Assembly: GCF_013122565.1 (NCBI RefSeq)
Contig: NZ_CP053258.1
DNA length: 64,000 nucleotides
Direction: 5' to 3' (one strand)
Source of the DNA: Escherichia coli
Lineage (GTDB): Bacteria; Pseudomonadota; Gammaproteobacteria; Enterobacterales; Enterobacteriaceae
In this document: in pieces, positions 32,895 through 43,213 of the stretch
How the letters are laid out: each line of letters starts with the position of its first letter
How positions within the stretch are numbered: the first letter of the stretch is position 1
Program-made: the position numbers and the translations under genes
Notes under the pieces: generated by a model
Seen by the model: the letters and a program-made list of their open reading frames with translations, nothing else
What the model was told of the DNA's origin: nothing
Database searches by the model: none

Positions 32895-34385
32895 TCATGC
32901 CAATGGACTCATTACCCTCTGCCTGAGTAGTTCAAATCCAGCTTGACCATACATCTGGCGTTTGAGCATCTTCAGGCGATTTACATGACTTTCGACAACA
33001 CCATTACTCCAGCGACTGCTGACTGCCTCACATATAGCCGCAGCATCGGCTTCCATCACCGCAGCCACGCGCCGAAGTTCTGCTGAATCGATTTCGTGGA
33101 CTCGAGTGAACCAGCTGCTTAGCCGTGATTTAGTTTGGGTTTTCAGAATACGGTAGAACTCTAGTGCCAGTTGATGCGCTATTTTCAGCTCCGGTTCTTT
33201 TTCACACATCAGACTAATAAATCGGGAAGCATAATTTTCTTCACCCCTGATTATTCTCCAGGGCATCAACCAGCGGCTTACCCGGTACACTGAAAGAAGT
33301 CTGGCAGCAGTAGTCACCAGCGGGATCCAGCCTTTACGCCATTTGGCAACAGCATCCCTGACGATGTTTTCACTGCCTGTAACCCCCCGGGTCACCATTT
33401 CCCGCATATCCGGCTGGCATTATAATTACCACTTTCTCATTGCTCTTTTAACCACTCCCTCCAAGGGTCCAGAAGTCCTCGCTTTGGAGGCCGGGTTGAC
33501 ATTTCAGGGAATGTTCCTGAACGCGCCCAGCGACTGACTGTCACTCGCGACAGGCCTGTAATACGGGATATTTCCCTGAAACTACATCCCTTGTTATGCA
33601 GGGCCATAACCTCTGTCCAACGCTGATGCCGTTTTTTGCGGATTTGCTGTTTAAGGCGTTCCGGACGACGGAGCGATGCTGCAGGCACAGACAGTTCTGG
33701 CTCAGGTGATTTCTTTGGTGACAACTCACTGGCAACAAGACGTATCAGATGCCTATGTCTGTACATCAATCGTTCAAGCGCATCGCCAATATTTTTTAGC
33801 AGATGCTATCGATCAGCCACCTGTCTGACCTGAGGTGCACCTTCACGTGCTGCTGTCGCATAGGTTCCACTGCGATCACGCGAGACAACCTGTATTTCCG
33901 GATATTTTCTGAACCAGGTCGCCAGCGTACGCTGATCGCGGTCGGGAAGCAGGACAGTGAGTATCAAGATTGACTATTAACGTACCGTAACGGTGGCCCC
34001 GATGCCACGCCCACTCATCAATACCGACATGGGGTGAGCCTGACAGTTTCGTCTCCGGGGTATTGATAACTCTGCGAAGAAGAGTATCTGCACTGCAACA
34101 GAGACCCACTGCCGTTGCTGCCCGTTTTCCAGCCTCACCTCCAGCTATTAATCCCAGTTGACGTTGTAAATTTTGTAACGCCTGTGAAGACTGCTGGTGT
34201 GAACCAGCGAAGGGAGTAAGCGACTCGGCAAAAATTTTACGTGAACAAGCTGGGTTACGGCAGTACCAGTGGCGGGCGGAAAATACAAGCCATAGCGTCT
34301 GCCCTGTGTTGAATATTGGCATGCAAAAAATTGGATTGCGCTCGCGCCCTTAATTACCCGGCGATGGGGAATAAGCTTCATCAGC
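32895..34385 (-). pseudogene. ISL3-family transposase gene, split over at least 3 frames
   Basis: N-terminal piece ...HWYCRNPACSRKIFAE...VGIDEWAWHRGHRYGT, a middle piece, and a C-terminal piece ...SNGVVESHVNRLKMLKRQMYGQAGFELLRQRV, in different frames. Confidence 0.7.
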
Positions 34386-34469
34386 CGTTGTCCCCGGGTG
34401 TAGCGTGCACAGTTGCATATCATTCTCAGACGAACCGATGGCTGGAGGGATGGTCGCCGCAGCCTGCCA

Positions 34470-35790
34470 TGAGACTGTAATTAAAATTGTGTAATTGCCT
34501 GTTTTTGATATGTTCACTCCAATAACGGAGACAGGCAAATTATGGACGAAAAGAAACTCAAAGCACTGGCGGCTGAACTGGCTAAGGACCTTAAAACCGA
34601 AGCCGACCTCAATCAGTTTTTCCGTATGCTGACGAAATTAGCCGTCGAAACAGCGCTCAATGCGGAGCTGACTGACCACCTCGGACATGAGAAAAATGCG
34701 CCAAAAACAGGTTCAAACACCCGCAATGGCTACTCGTCAAAAACGGTGTTATGCGATGATAGCGAGATCGAACTGAACACGCCGCGTGACCGTGAAAACA
34801 CCTTCGAGCCGCAGCTGATTAAGAAGCACCAGACGCGCATTACTCAGATGGACAGCAACATTTTATCCCTTTACGCCAAAGGCATGACTACCCGAGAAAT
34901 CGTCGCCACCTTCAAAGAAATGTCCGACGAAGATGTGTCACCCACGCTGATATCTAAGGTCACCGACGCGGTAAAAGAACAGGTTACTGAGTGGCAAAAC
35001 CGACAGCTGGATGCGCTGTATCCCATTGTTTACATGGACTGTATCGTCGTAAAAGTCCGTCAGAATGGGAGTGTGATAAACAAGGCCGTCTTCCTGGTGC
35101 TGGGGATCAATACCGAAGGCCAGAAAGAGTTGCTGGGCATGTGGCTGACCGAAAACGAAGGCGCAAAGTTCTGGCTGAGTGTGCTGACGGAGCTGAAAAA
35201 CCGTGGCCTCCAGGACATTCTTATAGCCTGTGTGGACGGTCTTAAGGGCTTCCCGGATGCGATAAACAGCGTCTTCCCGCAGCCCCATATCCAGCTGTGC
35301 AGCATCCATGTGGCGCGTAACAGCCTGAAATACGTGTCCAAGAAGGACTACAAAGCCGTCACCAGCGGCTTGAAGACTGTCTATCAGGTCCGGACCGAAG
35401 AGGCGGCACTGATGGCGCTCGATGCGTTCGCGGAAGTCTGGGACGATAAATATCCGCAAATCAGCAAAAGCTGGTATGCGCACTGGGAAAACCTCAATAC
35501 GCTCTTCAGTTATCCGCCGGATATCCGCAAGGCCATCTACACCACGAACGCAATCGAATCGCTTATCAGTATGATCCGAGCTGCGATTAAGAAACGCAAA
35601 GTGTTCCCGACGGATGACTCGGTACGAAAGGTTATTTATCTGGCGACCAAAGATGCGTCGAAAAAATAGAGTATGCCGATCCAGAACTGGCGGTTAGCAA
35701 TGAGCCGTTTTATTATCGAGTTCGGTGATCGCCTGAGCGATCACCTTTAATACATTGGCAGTTACACACAATTACTGACAGGCTCCCTGC
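34470..35790 (+). mobile_element. IS256-family (IS1414-like) insertion sequence
   Basis: Mutator-type transposase flanked by imperfect inverted ends (aattgtgtaattgcc at ~34485 versus ggcagttacacacaatt at ~35757). It abuts the 5' end of the ISL3 remnant. Confidence 0.7.
34542..35750 (+). pseudogene. IS256-family transposase with an in-frame TAG replacing the expected Trp codon 376
   Basis: 375 aa, then tag at 35667-35669; the same frame continues SMPIQNWRLAMSRFIIEFGDRLSDHL*. The recalled family consensus here is KKWSMPIQNW. Confidence 0.75.
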
Positions 35791-35840
35791 CATAAGTTAA
35801 TAAAAAATTAACGCATATATAAATAAAAATCACCATAAAG

Positions 35841-37367
35841 TTATTCTTTCAGAGGGGGGTAGCTAAATACACTTCCGACACAGTGATATGCCGGTTTTCC
35901 TGACAGCATGTTGTGTTTTGCGTCCAGCTCTGAAGGCGTCATTTCGGAAGCAAGATATTTGACATAATGTGTTCCACTTTCATCTTCCCATAACTGAACT
36001 TTGCCTTCCTCAGCAAGCTGTTCCAGAACAGGCTCAAGATCAGCTTTTTTTCTGAGTGAACGATGCAAGCCCTGCATCATGTCACGCCTTAAAAAATCAT
36101 AAGATCCATTTTTAACAAGATGGTTTTCGAGCCACCAGATAACTCTTTCAGAATGCGAAGGCCCTCTGACAGCATCCATTTTTACAATAAAATGGTTAAG
36201 ATACCATTCTGATATTAACAACGCCGCTTCCAACGTTTCGAGCGTAATAACAGTTGAGTCAGGAGTAATAAACAACTGCATCACAGCGGCATTCCTTGCT
36301 GTATGTTCAATGTATCGTGCTGCCCAGTCGCTGTGATGGTACAACTTTTTCCCTGGTTGCATCAGATGTTTTACGTACCTGCCAACATCATGTAGCCGTT
36401 TCTTTGCATCAGGTGAAAAAGTCATACAGATACGGGGGTGATTTTTTTCCCTGCGTTCAATCCCTGCAAGTAAATGTTTTTTCTGAATAGAATAAAACGT
36501 TTCCAGGTCGGACTCATCGCCAGATACCAGCTCATCAATATCAATTAGTCTGCTGAGTAACGTAAGATCCATGGTTAACGTCCGCGCATATACTCCCGTA
36601 GCCCGTACTGTATTGCCCAGCGATTTCAGTGTGCTATCGTGTGGTTCCGGTTGCGTCATCAGCAGCATACCAAGCCGTGGATCCTTAATATCGTAACAGC
36701 CCGTTGACACACGGCTGACCCGATAATCATCACCACACCACAACGTATTAGGAACTGCTGTCTTACGGCGCATAATGCTTTCATGCAGAGCACTTCCCTC
36801 GTCAGACGTGATACCCAGACTGGGATATTCCCCTAGCTCTTTCAAAAGTGCTTCAGCCGTAGGATCCGTTACCGTGAGACGCACTCTCACGGGTTTAATG
36901 GGCTGATTTTTAAGACATTCCTCCAGTTCGTTTCTGGCTTTATCCACTCCATCTTTCTGACGCACTGCTTTCTGAAGCAATTTCTTAAGACTCTTACATT
37001 CTTCATCCCATAGTACGTATTGCCGCTCATACTCCTTCAGCCTAACTGAGAACACATCAGCCAGCTCTCTCTCAATTTGATGAATTTGCGCCATGATGAG
37101 CCTGTATACTGTCGTTTTTCTGCTTCCTGATCTCGCCAGTATTATGTGAAATTGTGACACAGGAACGATAACGCCATCATCAATTTCAACATCATACATA
37201 TCCTGACAGGCCAAGGCCATGCTCCCCTGAAGCGTCGCAAAGATAAGCTCCACCGCTGCTCTTGTTTTGCCATATATACAAAATATAACTTTTTGAAAAA
37301 AATACAAAATCGCTCTGGCGCTCAGATTAACATCATGATTTTCAGTTTTTTTATATGTGAGTTTCAT
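35841..37367 (-). CDS. YfjI-like protein (DUF3987-type, P-loop-like)
   Basis: 508 aa, immediately downstream of alpA as yfjI is in CP4-57. ILARSGSRKTT is a P-loop-like motif. Confidence 0.6.
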   Translation of the reverse strand: MKLTYKKTENHDVNLSARAILYFFQKVIFCIYGKTRAAVELIFATLQGSMALACQDMYDVEIDDGVIVPVSQFHIILARSGSRKTTVYRLIMAQIHQIERELADVFSVRLKEYERQYVLWDEECKSLKKLLQKAVRQKDGVDKARNELEECLKNQPIKPVRVRLTVTDPTAEALLKELGEYPSLGITSDEGSALHESIMRRKTAVPNTLWCGDDYRVSRVSTGCYDIKDPRLGMLLMTQPEPHDSTLKSLGNTVRATGVYARTLTMDLTLLSRLIDIDELVSGDESDLETFYSIQKKHLLAGIERREKNHPRICMTFSPDAKKRLHDVGRYVKHLMQPGKKLYHHSDWAARYIEHTARNAAVMQLFITPDSTVITLETLEAALLISEWYLNHFIVKMDAVRGPSHSERVIWWLENHLVKNGSYDFLRRDMMQGLHRSLRKKADLEPVLEQLAEEGKVQLWEDESGTHYVKYLASEMTPSELDAKHNMLSGKPAYHCVGSVFSYPPLKE

Positions 37368-37391
37368 TGCATAATCTCTCTTTAGAAAAAA

Positions 37392-37616
37392 TTAAACACT
37401 TCTGGATGCAATCCACTCATCAACGGAAGTGGAACGACATCCAACGGAGGCAGCACCGAGTCTGACGGGCTTTGGAAACGTTTCGTCGTAATACCTGGAT
37501 TCAGGGTTTAGCTTTTCATAGATAGTTGACCGGGACAGACCGACTATTTTCGTCAGTTCTCTCATACGCAGAATACGTTGCTGTGGCTCTGGTTGGGTGG
37601 TTTGAAAAGATGACAT
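37392..37616 (-). CDS. alpA: AlpA-family phage/island transcriptional regulator
   Basis: Start at MSSFQTT, preceded by aggag, gives 74 aa. LRMRELTKIVGLSRSTIYEKL...FPKPVRLG is the AlpA HTH. The ORF-track N-terminal extension is unlikely. Confidence 0.85.
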   Translation of the reverse strand: MSSFQTTQPEPQQRILRMRELTKIVGLSRSTIYEKLNPESRYYDETFPKPVRLGAASVGCRSTSVDEWIASRSV

Positions 37617-37716
37617 TATCGATTCTCCTGTGAATGTCCGGATGTGACCGAACTTTGGCACAGGATTTGGAATAATGTCCCCGTAAAAGAAACGAAACCA
37701 ACTGCAGGGAGTGACT

Positions 37717-39561
37717 ATGCATACGTTTGCCAATCTGATGTATGATGTTTACCAATCCTTTGGCTTATTCAGTAAAGGGGACCGGCAAGGCGAGATACGG
37801 GCATCTGCAACCTTTTCAGGTCATCAGCGATTTTTTGGTAATCGTGATGATGAAAGACATCAGGAACAAAAACGCTATGATGAAATCATAAGAATTATTG
37901 ATGTAGAAAAGGTGTTCAGTACAGTTCAACGAAGGGAAATCTTTTATAAATATGAGCAACTTTATAATGCGCTGATGGCTCGACCGAGCTTTACCAAACT
38001 GAGTCGAAAACAAGTACAAAAGCAGTATGCTCTGCATATCATCCCCAGACTAATCGCACTTGACATATATAAAACGTATAAAATTCAAAATAAAAACAGT
38101 TTTTATCATCATATACATCTGTTTCTGAAAGAGGACTATTGCCCATGTGGAGCAGATAAAAAAAAAGGAACTTACTCTGCAGTACGGCAGTATCTCAAAA
38201 ACCTTATAAGAAATTTAAAATTATCTTATCCAGAAAACTTGCTTCCTGTTTATCGCGTAATTGAAAACATCCGTGAGAGTTCATCACAGAAAGCAGGTGC
38301 GCTGAATGCTCCCATACAAGAGAGCATTGAGGCTTACGAAGCCATTGTTACACCAGAAGAGATTAAATACATCAGAACTGGTCTGGAAGAATTAAAAACC
38401 GCACATTATTCACTGACCGTACTCCTTAACCTTGAACGTCTATTCTCTGTTGTTAATATAATCTCGTCATATTACAGAAAGTATCTTAACGATGGAATAA
38501 GGCCAAATAATATCTCGTCTATGCTATGCAGGTATCTTTATGAACCCCAAAGTAATGACATCTTCTGTCACAGTAACATCATTAATTCAATTGTGGAGTA
38601 CTACTACGTGCGGGCAATAAAACCCCTATCACTGAATGTAAGCAATGATGTTATGCTGTGCGTGGATAAATTAAAAGACATTGTATTTAATTTTAATAAC
38701 AAAACCATTATTTCTGAAGCGGATTTAATAAATATTGCAGTTGTATTAAAAAAAGAACCTGACAATCATTGTCTGATGCCATATCTTGAACTGCATATGG
38801 TGATACATTTAATCAGCCATGGAGAAACTGACGAAGCTTATGAGATGCTTAAACGGGTTTCTCTGGATGATTTACCTTCAGGATATCTGACAGCTGCTTT
38901 TTTAATTCTCCGTACTGCATTACGAATAAAGAGAGAAAGGAAAAAAATCAAAAATGGTGTTTTCTCCTCGGATATAACAGCAATACTGGAAAGTCAGGGG
39001 ATCTATACTGACTATGTCCCTGTCATTAAGGACTATACAAACAACGGCATTGATGGGTCTCTTACGAAAAATTCATTTTTATCTGGCACCATTTTACCAG
39101 ATGCCAACAATCTGACCATCATGCGTATAGTAAGAATGTATAATAATATGGTCAGAAGAATAAGTCACTGGAATGACCTTTATCATGACGGTGTTTTTCC
39201 GGAGTCTGTTTATGGGCTCCTTGATAAAGTTGATGCCATTCTTGGTAAGATACTCAATATTATCTTTTTTGAAAATATCACATCCAGACGGAATTTAGCC
39301 TTCATCCTGAAAAATAAAAAAATCCTTACCACAAGTGAGCTGAATGATAACCTCATTGGTATACTGATTAACTGTCCACTTATAACGTGCGTACAAAACC
39401 TCGAAATTTTAATACAATACCTTCGCTGTCCGGGAGAGGAGTTAAGAAATATAATTATTTCAATTGACAGGAAATCATGGAATTTGATATGCGGAGCCCT
39501 GAAAATCCTGGAGGAAGACAGAACAGGACGAGCAGAAATAACACAGAAAGATGGGAAATAA
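37717..39561 (+). CDS. ~615-aa AT-rich orphan protein, predicted all-helical, no recognisable domain
   Basis: Long uninterrupted ORF (the track starts at GTG 37711; ATG 37717 follows aggga). Divergent from alpA by ~100 bp. A 20-bp perfect palindrome follows. Confidence 0.7.
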   Translation: MHTFANLMYDVYQSFGLFSKGDRQGEIRASATFSGHQRFFGNRDDERHQEQKRYDEIIRIIDVEKVFSTVQRREIFYKYEQLYNALMARPSFTKLSRKQVQKQYALHIIPRLIALDIYKTYKIQNKNSFYHHIHLFLKEDYCPCGADKKKGTYSAVRQYLKNLIRNLKLSYPENLLPVYRVIENIRESSSQKAGALNAPIQESIEAYEAIVTPEEIKYIRTGLEELKTAHYSLTVLLNLERLFSVVNIISSYYRKYLNDGIRPNNISSMLCRYLYEPQSNDIFCHSNIINSIVEYYYVRAIKPLSLNVSNDVMLCVDKLKDIVFNFNNKTIISEADLINIAVVLKKEPDNHCLMPYLELHMVIHLISHGETDEAYEMLKRVSLDDLPSGYLTAAFLILRTALRIKRERKKIKNGVFSSDITAILESQGIYTDYVPVIKDYTNNGIDGSLTKNSFLSGTILPDANNLTIMRIVRMYNNMVRRISHWNDLYHDGVFPESVYGLLDKVDAILGKILNIIFFENITSRRNLAFILKNKKILTTSELNDNLIGILINCPLITCVQNLEILIQYLRCPGEELRNIIISIDRKSWNLICGALKILEEDRTGRAEITQKDGK

Positions 39562-39579
39562 TTGCATATTTCCACCTCT

Positions 39580-39621
39580 CTCCCGGCTACACTGGCTACG
39601 TGTAGCCAGTGTAGCCGGGAG
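39580..39621. repeat. Perfect 20-bp inverted repeat 18 nt after the orphan's stop
   Basis: ctcccggctacactggctac-gt-gtagccagtgtagccgggag. No flanking T-run. Confidence 0.9.
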
Positions 39622-41047
39622 TCACACCCTGAAAGTAACAATGCGAAAACCAGGAGCTTGTCCCAACAGGATTTTATTCCAGATGATTAGGCCGCTGGTA
39701 ATATACAGCAGAGCCTTATAACTTCAGTTCTTTTCCCATCAGCTCAGTATCTGACGAAAACAATGAATCCAGCTATAAACCCTACCTACTATCCACAGGC
39801 GAGCTTTCCTCCTTCTGGTATCTTCCCCTGTTTACTCGACTGAATATGAGGTTCACAGCATCGCTGCCTCCAGATAATTGCTCAACCATTCGTCATCAGC
39901 AACCTTTTCACTTTGAAAACAACATCGATAACCCCCTGCATATATTATATACTGAAATTATTACTCTTTATTTAGAAAATATAGAAAAAATGAACCTTGA
40001 AAGTTATAATTCGCAAATAAAATTAACCTAATCTTAAACCGCGGCATCAACTTTAACATTTCACAGCCAAAGATAATACTTATGCAAAACATTACGCTGG
40101 GATGCATTATGGAAGATAATTTTTGATTTCATTCGCGATAAAAACAATACTGTAAAAATTTGAATACGCAAAAAATAAATATGTAAAAGCAGATGATATT
40201 TCCATTTATGTCGAGCGCCAGCGTTATGCATAGAAGACTTATAAAAAGTAACGGTATTTTCATTGACGTTCTGTAACACAGATATAAAATAACAGGTATT
40301 CATAAAGAATAAATCATTAATACAGCTATTGCCCCAATATCTATACGACGTGTAATTATTATCAGGCAGCGCTAGCAAGGCGGACATTACAAGCACAAAG
40401 AAATAATATATCTTCGGTTTTCTACAATCACCGTAAATCGTCCCTCTTCCACTTTAAGGCCTGAAAAAATATGGCGCCAACATCATACAAACGAAGAAAT
40501 TAAATATTCTACACAACCACAGCGAATTTTCTCATTTATGACATTACTCTAATTTTATTTCTCCACTAAGCATATGCGTCAAACAATAAATACCCTCCAG
40601 CCACAGAGTCTAAACTGATATACAATATCGCTGTTTGCTTTATCGCCCCTCTTCCAATATAGAACGCATACCATTAAATCATTTACCTCTTTCCAGATAC
40701 AAGTCATGATTATACGTCCCATTGAGTTCTTATTCTCATGCAGAAATTGTGACTCAATAAATGCAGAATTAAAGCCTGTTAATATTCATGGTATAGCCAG
40801 ATTTTCTCTCTGTCTTCTTTTGTCTCCGAACAACTCATATACCATTATCCTGATTAATCTTCGCGTACTCATACGACGTCTTCCCCCTTCAACTATACCC
40901 TATTGAAATGATTTTATTGCTTTTGTTCAGACAACAAAAAAATGCGAGCTCTGACACAACAGTAAAAACCAACCGTTAAAGTATCTCTGTGTTTCCACAC
41001 TCTCCCTTGCTGAGAGGGAATTCTGAGCCCGGTCACTTGAGCTTGAT

Positions 41048-42251
41048 TCACCATCTTTTTGGATTACTGGGAAGTTGTGACATCACATAATCCGCCCACG
41101 CCTGCATCATCGGTATATGCTGATCCAGTAGATCAGTCCGGTGATATGCTGCCTCAACCTTATTTTTCAGCGTGTGGGCAAGCGCCCTTTCCGCCAAATC
41201 CCTGTTCACTACACCAGTCCCTGAATGTTGAACGAAAACCATGTGCTGTTGCCACCCGTCCGGGTATATCACTGATGGCATTCTTTTTACGCAGAAAACT
41301 CGTCAACACCATATCTGAAAGGATCTGCTGCTTTCTGGGAGAAGGAAACACCAGTTCATCATGCAAACCACGTATATTTTCCAGAACGTGAATGGCCTGC
41401 CGGGATAAAGGAATACGATGCTGTATCCTAGCTTTCATTCTTTCTGCTGGTATCGTCCATATCCGCTTATGAAAATCAATTTCAGCCCAGCGCATTCCCC
41501 TGGCTTCGCCCGAACGGGTTGCTGTAAGTATCACCATTAATAACAGTGCTCGGGTAACATTATAAGGTTCATCTGTATACACGCTTGTCGCCACAAACAG
41601 CGGTAATTGCCTCCAGGGCATTGCCGGCTGATGTTCATCACGTCCTCTTGATTGCTGTGGAAGCAAATGTTCAACCACATCAACAGGATTTGCCACACAA
41701 AAACCATGCGCCCAGCCCCACTGCATAACAACATGAATACGCTGTTTAATCCGGCTTGCCGTTTCTGATAAGGTCAACCAGATTGGACGCAGTGTCTCTG
41801 CCACGTCCGCAGCCGTAATCTCATTCAGCGTTTTTGCTCCCAATTGAGGAAACACGTAATTTTCAAGCGTCGACAACCACTGCCTGACATGCTTTGGATT
41901 TTCCCATCCCGGTGACAATTCTGCATGTACACGCATGGCTGCATCGGCAAATGTTGGGATAACAACTTTTTCAGCTTCAGCCTTTTTGATCTCCAGAGGA
42001 TCATCACCTGCAGCAAGTTGCTCTCGCATTATCCGGGCAGTACGTGCAGCTTCGGCAATACTGACCTCAGGGTAAGTTCCCAATCCAGCATTACGCCTTT
42101 TTTGTGTCACCGGACTTACATAACGAAAAACCCATTTACCCCGCCCCTTTACTGAAGAAGGATGAAGGGTCAGCCCTGTAATTCCCCCATGAGGCAATGG
42201 TTTGTCATCAGGTTTGATATGCCTTGCTTTTGTATCAGTCAATACTGCCAT
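41048..42251 (-). pseudogene. P4-type tyrosine integrase, frameshifted before the catalytic Tyr region
   Basis: The 363-aa frame carries R (TATRSGEARGMRW) and HGFRSTFRDW, then goes out of frame near 41200-41215. A second frame (41048..41281) carries RDLAERALAHTLKNKVEAAYHRTDLL. Confidence 0.8.
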
Positions 42252-42273
42252 ACGCTAATTCCTGTTTCTCTAG

Positions 42274-42294
42274 TATGCCATCCAGTATGCCCTT
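42274..42294 (+). repeat. Tandem GTATGCC(A/C) boxes between int and attR
   Basis: gtatgcca at 42274-42281 and gtatgccc at 42287-42294, in the same orientation as the pair at 11100-11119. Confidence 0.45.
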
Positions 42295-42412
42295 ATTCTC
42301 ACACTTCACTAAGCATACATTAGATAATATCGGACAGAAAAAATTTGTAATGTATTGTTTATAATTAAATTATACAACGCCTCTGGATTAAGTCAGATTT
42401 ATTTCAGGCGGT

Positions 42413-42426
42413 CCCCCTCACCGCCA
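42413..42426 (+). repeat. attR core: displaced copy of the serX 3' end (ccccctcaccgcca)
   Basis: 14/14 identity with 11030-11043. Followed by its own terminator hairpin. Confidence 0.8.
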
Positions 42427-42441
42427 TATTTAAATAAATAT

Positions 42442-42465
42442 CCTCCGGCATAGCCGGAGGTTTTT
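42442..42465 (+). terminator. Hairpin terminator after the displaced serX 3' end, probably the original serX terminator
   Basis: cctccggc-ata-gccggagg followed by ttttt. Confidence 0.65.
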
Positions 42466-42508
42466 CAAATGCGCCTATAAGGCTCTCTTACCAGCCGCGC
42501 CCTAACAG

Positions 42509-43213
42509 GCGCACACGATCTGACATTTGCATCCAACTTCGTTACTTACGGCCCGTAAACGGGCTGCCCGGATAGGGAATCGATAACTGCTCTCCCATTT
42601 CATCCTCTTCAAGCTGGTGCTTTATGTAATCCTGTATCTTCGCCGTGTTCTTACCCACCGTATCGACGTAATACCCTCTGCACCAGAACTCCCTGTTCCT
42701 GTATTTGAATTTCAAATCCCCAAACTGCTCATAAAGCATCAGACTGCTTTTCCCTTTCAGATATCCCATAAAGCCGGATACGCTCATTTTGGGCGGGATC
42801 TCCACAAGCATATGGATATGATCTGCACAGCATTCAGCTTCAAGAATCCGTACGCTTTTCCACTCACACAGCTTTCTCAAAATACTGCCTATTGCTCTAC
42901 GCTTCTCTCTGTAGAACACTTGTCTTCGGTATTTTGGCGCAAAAACTATGTGATATTTACAGTTCCATCGGGTGTGCGCTAAGCTCTTTTCGTTCCCCAT
43001 TGGGACCCCCTTTTGATTTCTTGTTTGACACTTGCAGTTGCCAGACCGCAAGGTGTTTTAACAAATCAAAAGGGGTTTTAATAACTGGCTCAAAGCTGAA
43101 AGCTTTCCGGAACCCCCAGTCTAGCTGGGGGTTTTCTGTGCACAAGAAGAGCCCGTACGAAAGTACGGGCTTTTTTTTCGTATATTGCACACACCGGGTG
43201 CCCCCGCCCACGT
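42509..43213 (-). mobile_element. IS200 copy (boundaries approximate)
   Basis: 152-aa Y1/HUH transposase. Upstream hairpins gcccgtac-gaaa-gtacgggc plus T-run and aacccccag...ctgggggtt are typical of the IS200 left end. The span between flanking complementary 11-mers is 705 bp. Confidence 0.6.
42542..43000 (-). CDS. tnpA: IS200 transposase TnpA (HUH/Y1)
   Basis: MGNEKSLAHTRWNCKYHIVFAPKYRR...ADHIHMLVEIPP...GYYVDTVG, 152 aa. The ORF-track N-terminal extension is not used. Confidence 0.9.
   Translation of the reverse strand: MGNEKSLAHTRWNCKYHIVFAPKYRRQVFYREKRRAIGSILRKLCEWKSVRILEAECCADHIHMLVEIPPKMSVSGFMGYLKGKSSLMLYEQFGDLKFKYRNREFWCRGYYVDTVGKNTAKIQDYIKHQLEEDEMGEQLSIPYPGSPFTGRK

Noticed and set aside
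35270-35330. Possible astA (EAST1 enterotoxin) gene embedded in the IS1414-like transposase gene
   Set aside because: In the alternative frame where I recall astA lying, this copy reads atg-cga-taa and later ...tgg-cgc-gta-aca-gcc-tga. Early stops leave no 38-codon ORF, so there is no intact EAST1 gene.
40061-40396. 111-aa minus-strand ORF in the AT-rich gap
   Set aside because: The translation is implausible (rich in Phe/Tyr/Asn/Leu, as expected from AT-rich DNA). It has no RBS and no neighbours in frame, so it is treated as non-coding or decayed DNA.
41048-42251. Integrase at the tRNA-distal end of the island as evidence of inversion or rearrangement
   Set aside because: As I recall, K-12 CP4-6 at thrW has the same polarity: the toxin-antitoxin end is next to the tRNA and intF is at the far end. 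The layout is probably normal for this island family.
42542-43051. A REP-associated tyrosine transposase (RAYT), suggested by the flanking inverted 11-mers
   Set aside because: The protein is a canonical 152-aa IS200 TnpA and does not resemble recalled K-12 RAYT (YafM). The 11-mers are better explained as a split palindromic target.
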